The position numbers and the translations under genes were made by a program. Below, piece by piece: positions 22,299-31,929 of a stretch of DNA of 64,000 nt (its first letter is position 1; every line of letters starts with the position of its first letter). The stretch covers positions 2,002,567-2,066,566 of the forward strand of contig CBDFHB010000002.1 in the NCBI GenBank assembly GCA_965247365.1. Direction: 5' to 3'. This DNA is from Candidatus Marinacidobacterales bacterium. GTDB lineage: Bacteria > Acidobacteriota > Vicinamibacteria > Marinacidobacterales > SMYC01. The notes below the pieces were generated by a model, which was not told the DNA's origin, did not search any database, and worked only from the letters and a program-made list of their open reading frames with translations.

Positions 22299-22766
22299 AT
22301 GAGTTCATTGATTGAGAGAATGACCCCGGCGGGAACGGAAGGAGCCCGTAGGGCGACTGGAGATCCCGCCGGCCGCGATGCGGCGGGGGTCCCGGAAACG
22401 GAAGTGAGTGAGCAAGCGAAGCGTCGACGCTTTACCGCGGAGTACAAGCTGCGGCTAGTGCGCGAGGCCGACGCCTGCAAGGGTGTCGGGGATATTGCGG
22501 CACTTCTGCGTCGAGAGGGCCTGTACTCGTCGCAGCTATCGAGTTGGCGCCGCCAACGTGACGAGATCGCGAAGGCGGGGTTGACGTCGAGAAAGCGAGG
22601 CCGGAAGGCGAAGGCAGAGGATCCACGGGTCAAGGAGCTCGAGCGCGAGAACGCCCGGCTCCAACGTCGCCTGGCTCGAGTGGAGACGATGTTGGAGATC
22701 CAAAAAAAAGCCTCCGAACTGCTGGGGATCCCCCTGAATCCGCTCGACAGCGACGAGAACGACTGA
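22299..22766 (+). CDS. IS transposase OrfA (copy 2)
   Basis: Identical protein to 11410..11877. Confidence 0.75.
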   Translation: MSSLIERMTPAGTEGARRATGDPAGRDAAGVPETEVSEQAKRRRFTAEYKLRLVREADACKGVGDIAALLRREGLYSSQLSSWRRQRDEIAKAGLTSRKRGRKAKAEDPRVKELERENARLQRRLARVETMLEIQKKASELLGIPLNPLDSDEND

Positions 22767-22768
22767 TT

Positions 22769-23902
22769 GTGGCGGCCGAGGAGCTGGCGGGACAGATTGG
22801 GCAGACGGCGGAAGCCTGCGAGGCTCTGAGTGTGGCTCGTTCCACGTTGTATCGCAGGCGCCAGCTGGTGACGCCCAAACCGAAGCGTCGTCCTCGGCCG
22901 CACCGAGCCCTCGACGAGACCGAGTGCGAGAAGGTCCTCGGAGCCTTGCACTGTGAGCGTTTCGTCGACAAGGCGCCCGCGCAGGTGTGGGCCACGCTTC
23001 TGGACGAGGGAATCTACCTCTGCTCGATTCGCACGATGTATCGGATTTTGGAAAAGTACGGCGAGGTCCGAGAGCGCCGGAACCAACTGCGCCATCCGAA
23101 TTACGCCAAGCCGGAGCTGTTGGCCGAGGCGCCCAACGAGGTTTGGTCGTGGGATATCACGAAGCTTCGTGGCCCCGTCAAGTGGACCTACTACTATCTC
23201 TACGTCATCCTCGACATCTTCTCCCGCTACGTGGTTGGCTGGATGCTGGCTCACCGAGAAAGCGCCGAGCTCGCGAAACGCCTCATCGCCGAGAGCTGTC
23301 GCAAGCAAAACATTGAACCAGACCAGCTCACCATGCACGCGGATCGTGGCAGCTCGATGCGAAGCAAGTCCGTGGCTTTGCTCTTGGCAGACCTCGGCGT
23401 GACCAAGACCCACTCCAGACCCTACGTCTCGAACGACAATCCCTACTCCGAGTCTCAGTTCAAAACGCTCAAGTATTGCCCTCAGTTCCCCAGCCGTTTT
23501 GGTTCCATCCAAGACAGCCGGCTGTTCTGCCGCGGTTTCTTCGACTACTACAACAATGACCACCGGCACTCGGGGGTCGGCCTTATGACACCGGCCGACG
23601 TTCACTACGGTCGCGCCGAACAACTCACCACCGCTCGGCGCCAGATCCTTCTCGAGGCTCAGCGTGCTCATCCCGAGCGCTTCGTTCGCGGAACGCCACA
23701 ACCTCCCGTTTTGCCTCCTCAGGCCTGGATCAACCCGCCGCCGCAGAAAACGACGCTCCAGGATGCCGCAGGAGCCATTCTCTCGGCGTCGTCCATACCT
23801 GGGGTACCCCCTTTTTCTGCTTCACCCAACGAGATCGCGAGCGAAGCAGACGTCGACCACGCGGACATCACCAGTCGCCGAAAGTTAATCGAGGCTCACT
23901 AA
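22769..23902 (+). CDS. IS transposase OrfB, DDE/rve (copy 2)
   Basis: Identical protein to 10274..11407. Confidence 0.8.
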   Translation: MAAEELAGQIGQTAEACEALSVARSTLYRRRQLVTPKPKRRPRPHRALDETECEKVLGALHCERFVDKAPAQVWATLLDEGIYLCSIRTMYRILEKYGEVRERRNQLRHPNYAKPELLAEAPNEVWSWDITKLRGPVKWTYYYLYVILDIFSRYVVGWMLAHRESAELAKRLIAESCRKQNIEPDQLTMHADRGSSMRSKSVALLLADLGVTKTHSRPYVSNDNPYSESQFKTLKYCPQFPSRFGSIQDSRLFCRGFFDYYNNDHRHSGVGLMTPADVHYGRAEQLTTARRQILLEAQRAHPERFVRGTPQPPVLPPQAWINPPPQKTTLQDAAGAILSASSIPGVPPFSASPNEIASEADVDHADITSRRKLIEAH

Positions 23903-24552
23903 ATGCAGCTCGCGAGTGTCTCAATGTTGTTGACATGTTCCGCGGACTCTCCAAATGCGCTGAGCTTCACATAGTTGGACAGGAGCCCGACACCACCGCC
24001 CACGTACGGGCGAATCTTTTCTTGCTCTGACTTCCATTTGACGTTTACGAAAACATTCGCCGGAACGGTTTTGAAATTGATGTCGCCTTCCGTTCTGCTA
24101 CGGTAGGCGCCTTGAAACTCCAACCCGATAAAGCCTTGGGGGCCGAATGCGCCCCAATCGCTTCCCACCGAGGCGAACCAGCGATCTGTAAATCCTCCAA
24201 GATCACTGTTCAAGTTGATGCCGAGCTTCAAGAAAGCATCCCCGGCCAGGAGAGCTGGCGGTGCAGACAGGAACGCGGCCGTCAAGATGATGGCGATTGT
24301 CCAGCGTGTCATTTTCTTGTCCCTTTCGTGCTCGACGAAGAGCGAGCTTCTAGCGATGCGAAACCGCCGAAAAGTGTCGGCCCTCACGCTTCTTCGTCTA
24401 AGGTAGTGTGCTGATAAAGAACATTGTCGCACAAATTTTTGAACCTGTCTCGTCAGTTGGTAGTGGTTTTAGTCTGATTAGACCACCCGTTTTTTCTCCT
24501 CGGCCGGGCCTTGATTTCCATAGATTTGACCCCCATCATTGAAATACAGGAA

Positions 24553-24852
24553 ATGGCTCTGATCTCGTGCAACGCGTGCCACCGCAAGAACAGGATCCCT
24601 GAGCATCCAAAAGGGACTGCCGTCTGTGGATCATGCGGAGCTAGGCTTCCCAATCAACTGCAAAGGGCTGCCGGTACGCTAGGGCTCGGTGTCGCCGCAG
24701 CATGGGCCTTCCCAGTCGCGTGCGTTGCCCCAATGGGGGCCCTCTCAATTGGAATGCTCGCGAGCATTCTACTGCTTTTCAAGGCCTCTACATGGGGGAC
24801 CACTAAACCCAAGAGGGACGCGAGCGGGACGAATATCGGGACGGTTGGATAG
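24553..24852 (+). CDS. Small membrane protein with an N-terminal zinc-ribbon (CxxC...CxxC) and two TM helices
   Basis: MALISCNACHRKNRIPEHPKGTAVCGSCGARL then hydrophobic segments. Followed by hairpin copy 2. Confidence 0.4.
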   Translation: MALISCNACHRKNRIPEHPKGTAVCGSCGARLPNQLQRAAGTLGLGVAAAWAFPVACVAPMGALSIGMLASILLLFKASTWGTTKPKRDASGTNIGTVG

Positions 24853-24874
24853 GGGGCCGCGAGGCCCCGCCAGC
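24848..24874. repeat. GC-rich hairpin element copy 2 (GATAGGGGGCCGCGAGGCCCCGCCAGC)
   Basis: 25 of 27 positions match 21998..22026. Lies immediately 3' of a + strand gene. Confidence 0.5.
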
Positions 24875-25206
24875 TTCAAACCTCATTGATATGAATATCG
24901 ATTTCCGCCTCGAGAATCTTGCCGAGAGTTGTCGTGATTTCGAACTCGAGGCGATGTATCTCACTATCTGCCCCGCCTTTAATCTTCTGAATCGCTTTCG
25001 TGCCGGGTAAGACCCCAGCCGTGCCGGCGACGAGTGAAAGCCGACCGCCAAGAGCGGGGTCAAGCCTCGCGCAAGGCTGGCACGCCTAGCGAGTTCACTT
25101 GGTGCGCCATTGCGTGCGTTCTCGCAGGATGGTAGCCTCGAATAGCTGCAGATTGTCAAGCTAGTCGAGTCGCGCAATAGCCACTCGAGAAACATGGGGG
25201 TCGACC

Positions 25207-25808
25207 ATGAAAAGGCTGGTACTGCTTTTGGCTCTCTTGATTTCCGCCTCTGCGTTTGGTCAGTCTCTCACCGAACTCGCGAAGAAGGAGAAGGAGCGGC
25301 GTAAGACCAACAACAAGGAAGCTGTCGTTGAGGTGAACCAGAGCGACGTCGCGGTAGATGAGACTCCGGTGTCGATCGCGGAAGGCGACGATGTAGAGAC
25401 GACAGGCGGAGAAACGACGACCACGAAAGACAAGCCGGAGGCAGAAGCAACATCGACCGGGGATGAGTGGTCCACAATCTTTAAAGGGTTCCAGGCACGA
25501 TACCGGGGGAAGCTAAGGCTGAGCACGACGAAGACGTCGCGACCGTCGAGCAGGTGAAAGCGCAGTGCTCTTACAACCACATCGGCGAGCCGACCGTCCG
25601 CGATAAGGAAAAAGGCGTCCGGCAAGAGGGGTTGCCCGTCGGCCTCATCATGGGCGGTACGATGCAATACGGCTCTTGTGACACCATAGATTACGACCTG
25701 AAAGCCGCAAAAGAGAAGCGTGCCGACAAGCTTCAAGCGATCCAGCAGGAGTGCTACAGCGAAGCGAAGGCCCGGGGCGTTTCGCTCCGTGAAGCGTATC
25801 TGCAATAA
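25207..25808 (+). CDS. Secreted acidic T/E-rich protein; two ORFs (25207..25557 and 25554..25808) that merge across a G5 tract
   Basis: Signal peptide MKRLVLLLALLISASAFG. Shifting the frame by one base at CCGGGGGA (25505..25509) gives a continuous ~200-aa protein (...FQARYRGEAKAEHDEDVATVEQVKAQCSYNHIG...). Confidence 0.45.
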
Positions 25809-25958
25809 ACTTCTGGCCTAGTCCCAAAGGGCAGCGCAACAGGTCGGGTAAGACCCGAGCCGGGCGGGGCTCCCTGCGGGTGGTCGCGCTTCCAACTGAA
25901 AGCGCCATCGCCGTTCACGTGGTGGCGGCACGAGCGCCACGGTCGTTCACCCAGACGC

Positions 25959-26702
25959 CTAGCCGGGAGCGGAACGTTTTTTCGCTTCGAGGAAGGCGTT
26001 CCTGTAGATGAACAACAACATCTTGCGGGATTCCGTGAATTCGGTCCGCTCCAAACGCTTGATAGCTTCTTGGGCTAGTGGGGTTGGCGAGTCGTTCTCG
26101 CGAAACACCTCTTCTGCCGTTTCCAGGATGTCTTTCAGCGATACTGTTTCAGCGAAGTTCCCAAACTCCGACTCCCGCCCGGCGATAGCGGCTTTGCGTG
26201 CCCGCCCGGCCTGGCGGGAATAGTGCATCACCATGGTCAATGGTTGTGCGAAGCCAAGCCGCTTAAGTTCCTTCCGCACGGCCTGGCCAACGGTGAAGAA
26301 CTTCGCTCCCGGTTTCGCTACCACCTCGATTTCTTGCTTGAGCAGTGTGTACCAGCGGGCATACCTTGCGGGTCGGTCGACGTTGGCGAGCTCGACGGTC
26401 ATGGCCCCTTTCGATACGTCCGTGAGGTGATAGGTCTGACCAGGACCACACGGATGGCGTCGGGCGGCGGCGTGCAAGATGAAGTCCTCCAGGGAGTAGC
26501 TGAAGTTCCGAAAACCCTCAGCGATACGTTTGCGGGCAGCTTCCGGTGTCTTGGCCCACTGACCCCGCGATGGTTCCATGCAGATGAGTACGTAATCAGC
26601 CGGTCCCTTGGGCCGGAAGTTGGGCAGGAACACGTCGCCGTCGCGGTCGGCAAGCTCCCGGGCTTGCTGTTCAAGGAGGCGCATGTAGGTGTCGACGTCC
26701 AT
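25959..26702 (-). CDS. Hypothetical protein (247 aa), no family recognised
   Basis: Complete ORF with good residue composition. Region is GC-typical. Confidence 0.45.
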   Translation of the reverse strand: MDVDTYMRLLEQQARELADRDGDVFLPNFRPKGPADYVLICMEPSRGQWAKTPEAARKRIAEGFRNFSYSLEDFILHAAARRHPCGPGQTYHLTDVSKGAMTVELANVDRPARYARWYTLLKQEIEVVAKPGAKFFTVGQAVRKELKRLGFAQPLTMVMHYSRQAGRARKAAIAGRESEFGNFAETVSLKDILETAEEVFRENDSPTPLAQEAIKRLERTEFTESRKMLLFIYRNAFLEAKKRSAPG

Positions 26703-26929
26703 TCTAGGTGCGTGGGGTCAGCGCTTCTGCCTAGTGCACGCTGACGATCGGGCCTTGTTGCGCAAGGTTCCCGCAGACTTGAACGGTTCGTGAAGGCCAC
26801 CGAAGGAGTCCCAATAGTCTCTCACCATGGGGATCTCGTGCTTGCTCATAATAGCCGTTCCCAGAGCTTGTTAGGTGTTGCGTGGAATCTACCACGGGCT
26901 ATTTGTAAGGAACACTTCTTTCTGGCCTA

Positions 26930-27490
26930 ATGGTCGCCGAGGCTCACGTGATCGCTAGGCTCGTTTTCTGCACAACGGCGGTCCTTACGGTTGCCACCTC
27001 GGTCCCCGCTCAGACCTTCCAGGCCAAGGTCGTCGGGATCTCCGATGGCGACACTATTAAGGTCTACGACATTAAGGTCTACGACGGCCAGACGCAGACC
27101 CGAATCCGCCTCGAAGGGATCGACTGCCCGGAGAGCGGGGCGGACTTCTCCAATCGAGCCAAGCAGCTCACATCCGATCTCGTCTTCGGCAAGCGGGTCC
27201 GCATCGAGGGCAAGGAGCGGGATCAGTACGGACGCCTAGTCGCTCGAGTCTTTGTTGGCGACATAGACCTCTCTCTCGCCCTGGTCGAAGCTGGACTTGC
27301 CTGGCACTACAAGCAGTATTCGGACGACGCGGTCCTCGCGGCTGCGGAGGTCGTCGCCAGGACAAAGAAACTCAGCATGTTCAGCGGGGCGAGACGCCCC
27401 TTCACGGGGCTGAATGCCGTGCTCCGGACCCCAACCGACGAGAGGCCGGTCACGCTCGACTCACGACGATCCAGCTCTACCTTTATATAG
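26930..27490 (+). CDS. Secreted thermonuclease (staphylococcal-nuclease-like, SNase fold)
   Basis: GISDGDTIKVYD...RIRLEGIDCPES...GKRVRIEGKERDQYGRLVARVFVGDIDLSLALVEAGLAWHYKQY matches SNase Ca-site and catalytic residues. Contains an in-frame 15-bp tandem duplication (27056..27085, IKVYD x2). Confidence 0.75.
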   Translation: MVAEAHVIARLVFCTTAVLTVATSVPAQTFQAKVVGISDGDTIKVYDIKVYDGQTQTRIRLEGIDCPESGADFSNRAKQLTSDLVFGKRVRIEGKERDQYGRLVARVFVGDIDLSLALVEAGLAWHYKQYSDDAVLAAAEVVARTKKLSMFSGARRPFTGLNAVLRTPTDERPVTLDSRRSSSTFI

Positions 27491-27752
27491 ACGAAAAAGC
27501 GGACAGTAGACCTCCCTCCAATGCGGCATTCAAAATGAAGATTGCCGATTTGACCGCCTGCCTGCAAAGGATATATACACCTGGGCATGTTTGCGGGAGG
27601 AATCTCGCGGCCAATCAATTTACCTGAAGACGTCGCGGATTCCGGGGGAAGGGAGTAGCTGGTCTGCGCCGAGTTGCTCTCGGTCTGCCCCTCGTTCACG
27701 AGGCGCTCCGACAAACGTGGCACACCCACCTGCCACCGGGAAGGAAAATCGC

Positions 27753-27871
27753 ATGCTGACTCAACATCTCATCAGGAATCTCGTCTCGGTCGGGCTAACT
27801 GTAGCCCTTTCCACTTTACTGGCTGCCCCAGCAAGTGCGGATACACCATGTCCAACGCTTCTATTCGATCT
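27753..27871 (+). pseudogene. 5' fragment of a secreted-protein gene truncated by the IS256-like element
   Basis: MLTQHLIRNLVSVGLTVALSTLLAAPASADTPCPTLLFDL, then the ORF reads into the IS256-like end (SRFPWK). Confidence 0.4.
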
Positions 27872-28167
27872 GTCCCGCTTCCCGTGGAAATAAGAATGGC
27901 GTAACCTCCGGTTAACCAAAACCAAACCGCGCCTGGAAAGGCGAGGAGGAGGATTACGCCATGAAGAAGCCTACCACCATATCGAACGAGTCAGTAAGCG
28001 AGTACCGGGAGTTCGTCCAGCTTCGGCTGCGCAAGCGGGTGCTGGAGGCGATCGAGGTCGTGCTCGAGGAGGAAGTGGAGCAAGCGCTGGGGTGTCGTAG
28101 CTACGAGCGTGCGGAAGGACGTCGTGGTTATCGCAACGGGGCCGAGACCCGTCGCGTGACGACGGCC
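27872..28167 (+). mobile_element. IS256-family element, 5' fragment (left IR plus first ~69 codons of the transposase), cut by IS3-like copy 3
   Basis: GTCCCGCTTCCCGTGGAAATAAGAATGGCG... and MKKPTTISNESVSEYREFVQLRLRKRVLEAIEVV...ETRRVTTA are co-linear with the intact copy at 32819..34174 (same left end, about 97% aa identity). Confidence 0.7.
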
Positions 28168-28237
28168 CCCTCTGTGCCAACATCCTTGAGACACTTCGCC
28201 CCTTGAAATTAGTGTGTAGGGCGGAGGAGGATCATCA

Positions 28238-28705
28238 ATGAGTTCATTGATTGAGAGAATGACCCCGGCGGGAACGGAAGGAGCCCGCAGGGCGACTGGA
28301 GATCCCGCCGGCCGCGATGCGGCGGGGGTCCCGGAAACGGAAGTGAGTGAGCAAGCGAAGCGTCGACGCTTTACCGCGGAGTACAAGCTGCGGCTAGTGC
28401 GCGAGGCCGACGCCTGCAAGGGTGTCGGGGATATTGCGGCACTTCTGCGTCGAGAGGGCCTGTACTCGTCGCAGCTATCGAGTTGGCGCCGCCAACGTGA
28501 CGAGATCGCGAAGGCGGGGTTGACGTCGAGAAAGCGAGGCCGGAAGGCGAAGGCAGAGGATCCACGGGTCAAGGAGCTCGAGCGCGAGAACGCCCGGCTC
28601 CAACGTCGCCTGGCTCGAGTGGAGACGATGTTGGAGATCCAAAAAAAAGCCTCCGAACTGCTGGGGATCCCCCTGAATCCGCTCGACAGCGACGAGAACG
28701 ACTGA
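28238..28705 (+). CDS. IS transposase OrfA (copy 3)
   Basis: Identical protein to the other copies. Confidence 0.75.
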   Translation: MSSLIERMTPAGTEGARRATGDPAGRDAAGVPETEVSEQAKRRRFTAEYKLRLVREADACKGVGDIAALLRREGLYSSQLSSWRRQRDEIAKAGLTSRKRGRKAKAEDPRVKELERENARLQRRLARVETMLEIQKKASELLGIPLNPLDSDEND

Positions 28706-28707
28706 TT

Positions 28708-29841
28708 GTGGCGGCCGAGGAGCTGGCGGGACAGATTGGGCAGACGGCGGAAGCCTGCGAGGCTCTGAGTGTGGCTCGTTCCACGTTGTATCGCAGGCGC
28801 CAGCTGGTGACGCCCAAACCGAAGCGTCGTCCTCGGCCGCACCGAGCCCTCGACGAGACCGAGTGCGAGAAGGTCCTCGGAGCCTTGCACTGTGAGCGTT
28901 TCGTCGACAAGGCGCCCGCGCAGGTGTGGGCCACGCTTCTGGACGAGGGAATCTACCTCTGCTCGATTCGCACGATGTATCGGATTTTGGAAAAGTACGG
29001 CGAGGTCCGAGAGCGCCGGAACCAACTGCGCCATCCGAATTACGCCAAGCCGGAGCTGTTGGCCGAGGCGCCCAACGAGGTTTGGTCGTGGGATATCACG
29101 AAGCTTCGTGGCCCCGTCAAGTGGACCTACTACTATCTCTACGTCATCCTCGACATCTTCTCCCGCTACGTGGTTGGCTGGATGCTGGCTCACCGAGAAA
29201 GCGCCGAGCTCGCGAAACGCCTCATCGCCGAGAGCTGTCGCAAGCAAAACATTGAACCAGACCAGCTCACCATGCACGCGGATCGTGGCAGCTCGATGCG
29301 AAGCAAGTCCGTGGCTTTGCTCTTGGCAGACCTCGGCGTGACCAAGACCCACTCCAGACCCTACGTCTCGAACGACAATCCCTACTCCGAGTCTCAGTTC
29401 AAAACGCTCAAGTATTGCCCTCAGTTCCCCAGCCGTTTTGGTTCCATCCAAGACAGCCGGCTGTTCTGCCGCGGTTTCTTCGACTACTACAACAATGACC
29501 ACCGGCACTCGGGGGTCGGCCTTATGACACCGGCCGACGTTCACTACGGTCGCGCCGAACAACTCACCACCGCTCGGCGCCAGATCCTTCTCGAGGCTCA
29601 GCGTGCTCATCCCGAGCGCTTCGTTCGCGGAACGCCACAACCTCCCGTTTTGCCTCCTCAGGCCTGGATCAACCCGCCGCCGCAGAAAACGACGCTCCAG
29701 GATGCCGCAGGAGCCATTCTCTCGGCGTCGTCCATACCTGGGGTACCCCCTTTTTCTGCTTCACCCAACGAGATCGCGAGCGAAGCAGACGTCGACCACG
29801 CGGACATCACCAGTCGCCGAAAGTTAATCGAGGCTCACTAA
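28708..29841 (+). CDS. IS transposase OrfB, DDE/rve (copy 3)
   Basis: Identical protein to the other copies. Confidence 0.8.
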   Translation: MAAEELAGQIGQTAEACEALSVARSTLYRRRQLVTPKPKRRPRPHRALDETECEKVLGALHCERFVDKAPAQVWATLLDEGIYLCSIRTMYRILEKYGEVRERRNQLRHPNYAKPELLAEAPNEVWSWDITKLRGPVKWTYYYLYVILDIFSRYVVGWMLAHRESAELAKRLIAESCRKQNIEPDQLTMHADRGSSMRSKSVALLLADLGVTKTHSRPYVSNDNPYSESQFKTLKYCPQFPSRFGSIQDSRLFCRGFFDYYNNDHRHSGVGLMTPADVHYGRAEQLTTARRQILLEAQRAHPERFVRGTPQPPVLPPQAWINPPPQKTTLQDAAGAILSASSIPGVPPFSASPNEIASEADVDHADITSRRKLIEAH

Positions 29842-29882
29842 ATGCAGCTCGCGAGTGTCTCAATGTTGTTGACATGTTCCGC

Positions 29883-30100
29883 AATCCGACGGTTTCCGCG
29901 CCGTCCCTCCAGTGGAGGAAGCGCTCTCCAATCCGTGGGGGCTTCCAGAGACGCTCTTCGAACTCGGGTTCGACGGTGGCAATGACTCCGCACCGCTTCG
30001 CCTCTACCGTTCTCCCTTCATCGTGAAGCGCGCAGAGCCACTTCAAGGTGGGCATCCGTAGCTCGCTGCGCTTCACCAAGAGCTTCGAGAAGTGTGTCAT
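29883..30100 (-). pseudogene. Hypothetical gene truncated at its 3' side by IS copy 3
   Basis: MTHFSKLLVKRSELRMPTLKWLCALHDEGRTVEAKRCGVIATVEPEFEERLWKPPRIGERFLHWRDGAETVG, then the reading frame runs into the IS end. Confidence 0.3.
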
Positions 30101-30503
30101 CAGGAAGACGCTTGGCGGTTCCACTTCGCCGTCAGAGGTAGATCGCCCCTCGAAGTTAGGAGGCGAACGTCCGCACTCGCACGTCCACCACAATGCGCAT
30201 TCGAGGAAGTTCCGAGACTTTCTTGACCAAGGTTGGCGCGGGGGGTCCTATGATCGCGAGCCAAAGGGGCTGGCTGCCGAGCTCGTTGGCAACGTAGGTG
30301 GCGACGACGACGCTGAAGGTTTCGAGGGCCGAGGAGAGAAGCACCGCCGGTTGCCTCAAGACTTGGGAAGAAGATTGGCTTCGCCACACCTCCCGATTTC
30401 TGCCGCGTGTTTCGACTGCGCGCTGGGAGATTCGGGACTGCCCCTGACACACCCCGCGAGGGCGTCGAATGTGTGTAAGTGATTAGAAGAGAGAGTATTA
30501 GAA

Positions 30504-30657
30504 GTTCCAAAGTAGTTGGAACTAGGTTGGAACTAAACGTCGACGCTGGCACTACTCGGCCGCAAGTTCCACGATGGTTCCAGCGTAGTTCCAAGCTGTT
30601 GGAACCGGGTAATGCGCTGAAAACAACGGCTCTAGCTCTCATTAGTTCCAAGTTCCC
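30504..30657. repeat. Iteron/operator-like cluster of about nine GTTCCAA / TTGGAAC heptamers, including two 4-nt-spaced palindromes
   Basis: AGTTCCAAagtaGTTGGAACT, taGGTTGGAAC, aaGTTCCAC, GGTTCCAG, GTTCCAAgctgTTGGAAC, GTTCCAAGTTCCC. Located just 3' of the RepA-like gene. Confidence 0.55.
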
Positions 30658-30664
30658 TCCCTTG

Positions 30665-31756
30665 CTATGGCCAGCGGAGGTACCTCCGCTTTCCTTTCTG
30701 ACCTTTCACCGTGATGACCCCGATCCGCTCAGCTTTTTCTAGGATTCGATGGAGAGAGGTTCTAGGGATGTCACGTTTCATTGCCTCCTCCCAAGTGAAG
30801 GGCTCGCCGAACGGCAGCTTGTCGAAATGCTTCTTCTCGGCAGGGGAAAAGGCTTTCGTGGCCAGGTCGGTGTTTGACGTGCGAACCCAGTGAGTTGGCG
30901 CGTGTTCGCCATCGATGGTGATGATGTTCTGGTCGAGGATGAGGGGTCCGAGTTCGGACTCGCCACGCCGAAAGCCCGCCAGAACGACGTACCCCTCCTC
31001 CTGCGACAAACCGAGTCGAACGTCAGTGTTGGAAATCCATGCGACTGAGCCCAGCACGTTGAAGAACCACGCCTTAGGATCCTTCAGAAGGCTGGGTCGT
31101 GGCTTCTTGCTGTCCGGCTTGCGGAGGTGGTGCGTGAACAAGATCGCCGGATACGGTTTCGTTCGGCGCAAGTGAGAAATGGTTTTGAGGAAGTCTCGCG
31201 TGCGCCACTCTTTCGCCGCTTCGAATGGTATTAGCTGAAGCGCCGTGTCGATTATGATCAGTCCGTAGTCACCTCCCGTGCTGAGGTTCGTCAACCATTT
31301 CAATCTTTCAGATTCACTCTCCGCGAGAACGCTTTCGAGCTCTTGGCTATTCCGATCCTTAGGATTCCCTCTAACGAACAAATCGATGTTGGGGCTCGCA
31401 TCGACTCCAAGGTGTTCAGATTGACGTCGAATCATCTTGTGACAGCGCTCTGCTCCAGACTCGAGGTCGATGATCAACACACGGGCCTCCTTGGTCTCGA
31501 ATCTCAAGAACTCCGTCCCCGAGGCGACCGAGAGCGCCGTTTGCGCGACCAAGGGTGTCTTCCCTACGTTCGGGTCGCTCGCCAAAATCGCAATTTCCCC
31601 TTTGTCCAAGATGTGGCATATCAGCGGAACTCTGGGCGGGGGACGGTTCTTGAGCGTTTCGCTGAGTGGGATTGGGCGGTTCTGCTTTCTCACTGGATCC
31701 TCCGCCACCCGCCTCGCCAGGACCCCCGGGGATTGGTCACGGTCCTCCAGACCCAC
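30665..31756 (-). CDS. RepA-like RecA-family AAA ATPase (AAA_25-like, mobile-element replication/primase-associated helicase type) with a C-terminal winged-helix
   Basis: Walker A ILASDPNVGKTPL, Walker B GLIIIDT. C-terminal SLHRILEKAERIGVITVKGQKGKRRY resembles a wHTH. Confidence 0.6.
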   Translation of the reverse strand: MGLEDRDQSPGVLARRVAEDPVRKQNRPIPLSETLKNRPPPRVPLICHILDKGEIAILASDPNVGKTPLVAQTALSVASGTEFLRFETKEARVLIIDLESGAERCHKMIRRQSEHLGVDASPNIDLFVRGNPKDRNSQELESVLAESESERLKWLTNLSTGGDYGLIIIDTALQLIPFEAAKEWRTRDFLKTISHLRRTKPYPAILFTHHLRKPDSKKPRPSLLKDPKAWFFNVLGSVAWISNTDVRLGLSQEEGYVVLAGFRRGESELGPLILDQNIITIDGEHAPTHWVRTSNTDLATKAFSPAEKKHFDKLPFGEPFTWEEAMKRDIPRTSLHRILEKAERIGVITVKGQKGKRRYLRWP

Positions 31757-31929
31757 TTCGCCTCTCCTTATTAATGGCCAGTCGGCCGGCGACCGCGGCT
31801 CTCGCGCACGGCACTATCCCGGGACGGATGTTCTTCTCTCGAACCCGAGAAACATCGAGGAAGAAGGAATCGTCCCAAGCAGGTTTGCCACATCGCCGCG
31901 GTTTGAAAGCTAGCGTTGTGCTCAAGCAA

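Larger units (their letters stand above)
22229..23943 (+). mobile_element. IS3-family-like insertion sequence, copy 2 (1715 bp), a simple insertion with a 2-3 bp target duplication
   Basis: Same ends as copies 1 and 3. Flanks are ...gctttcgg | IS | ggactctcc, compatible with a GG or CGG duplication. Confidence 0.8.
22080..24312 (-). pseudogene. Outer-membrane beta-barrel protein gene (OmpW/OmpA-like, ~172 aa) interrupted by IS copy 2
   Basis: 5' part 23944..24312 (signal peptide MTRWTIAIILTAAFLSAPPALLAG..., alternating beta-strand pattern). 3' part 22080..22228 encodes ...EWFKDPGVQIMGGVELNRQFTVEFMGQTILESDAGWLWSVLAGVRF with the terminal Phe typical of OMPs. The two parts join in frame once the IS and one copy of the GG/CGG target duplication are removed. 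Confidence 0.65.
28168..29882 (+). mobile_element. IS3-family-like insertion sequence, copy 3 (1715 bp), at a rearrangement junction
   Basis: Left flank is IS256-like sequence and right flank is an unrelated truncated gene. No target duplication. One synonymous SNP relative to copies 1 and 2 (cgc vs cgt in orfA codon 17 region). Confidence 0.8.
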
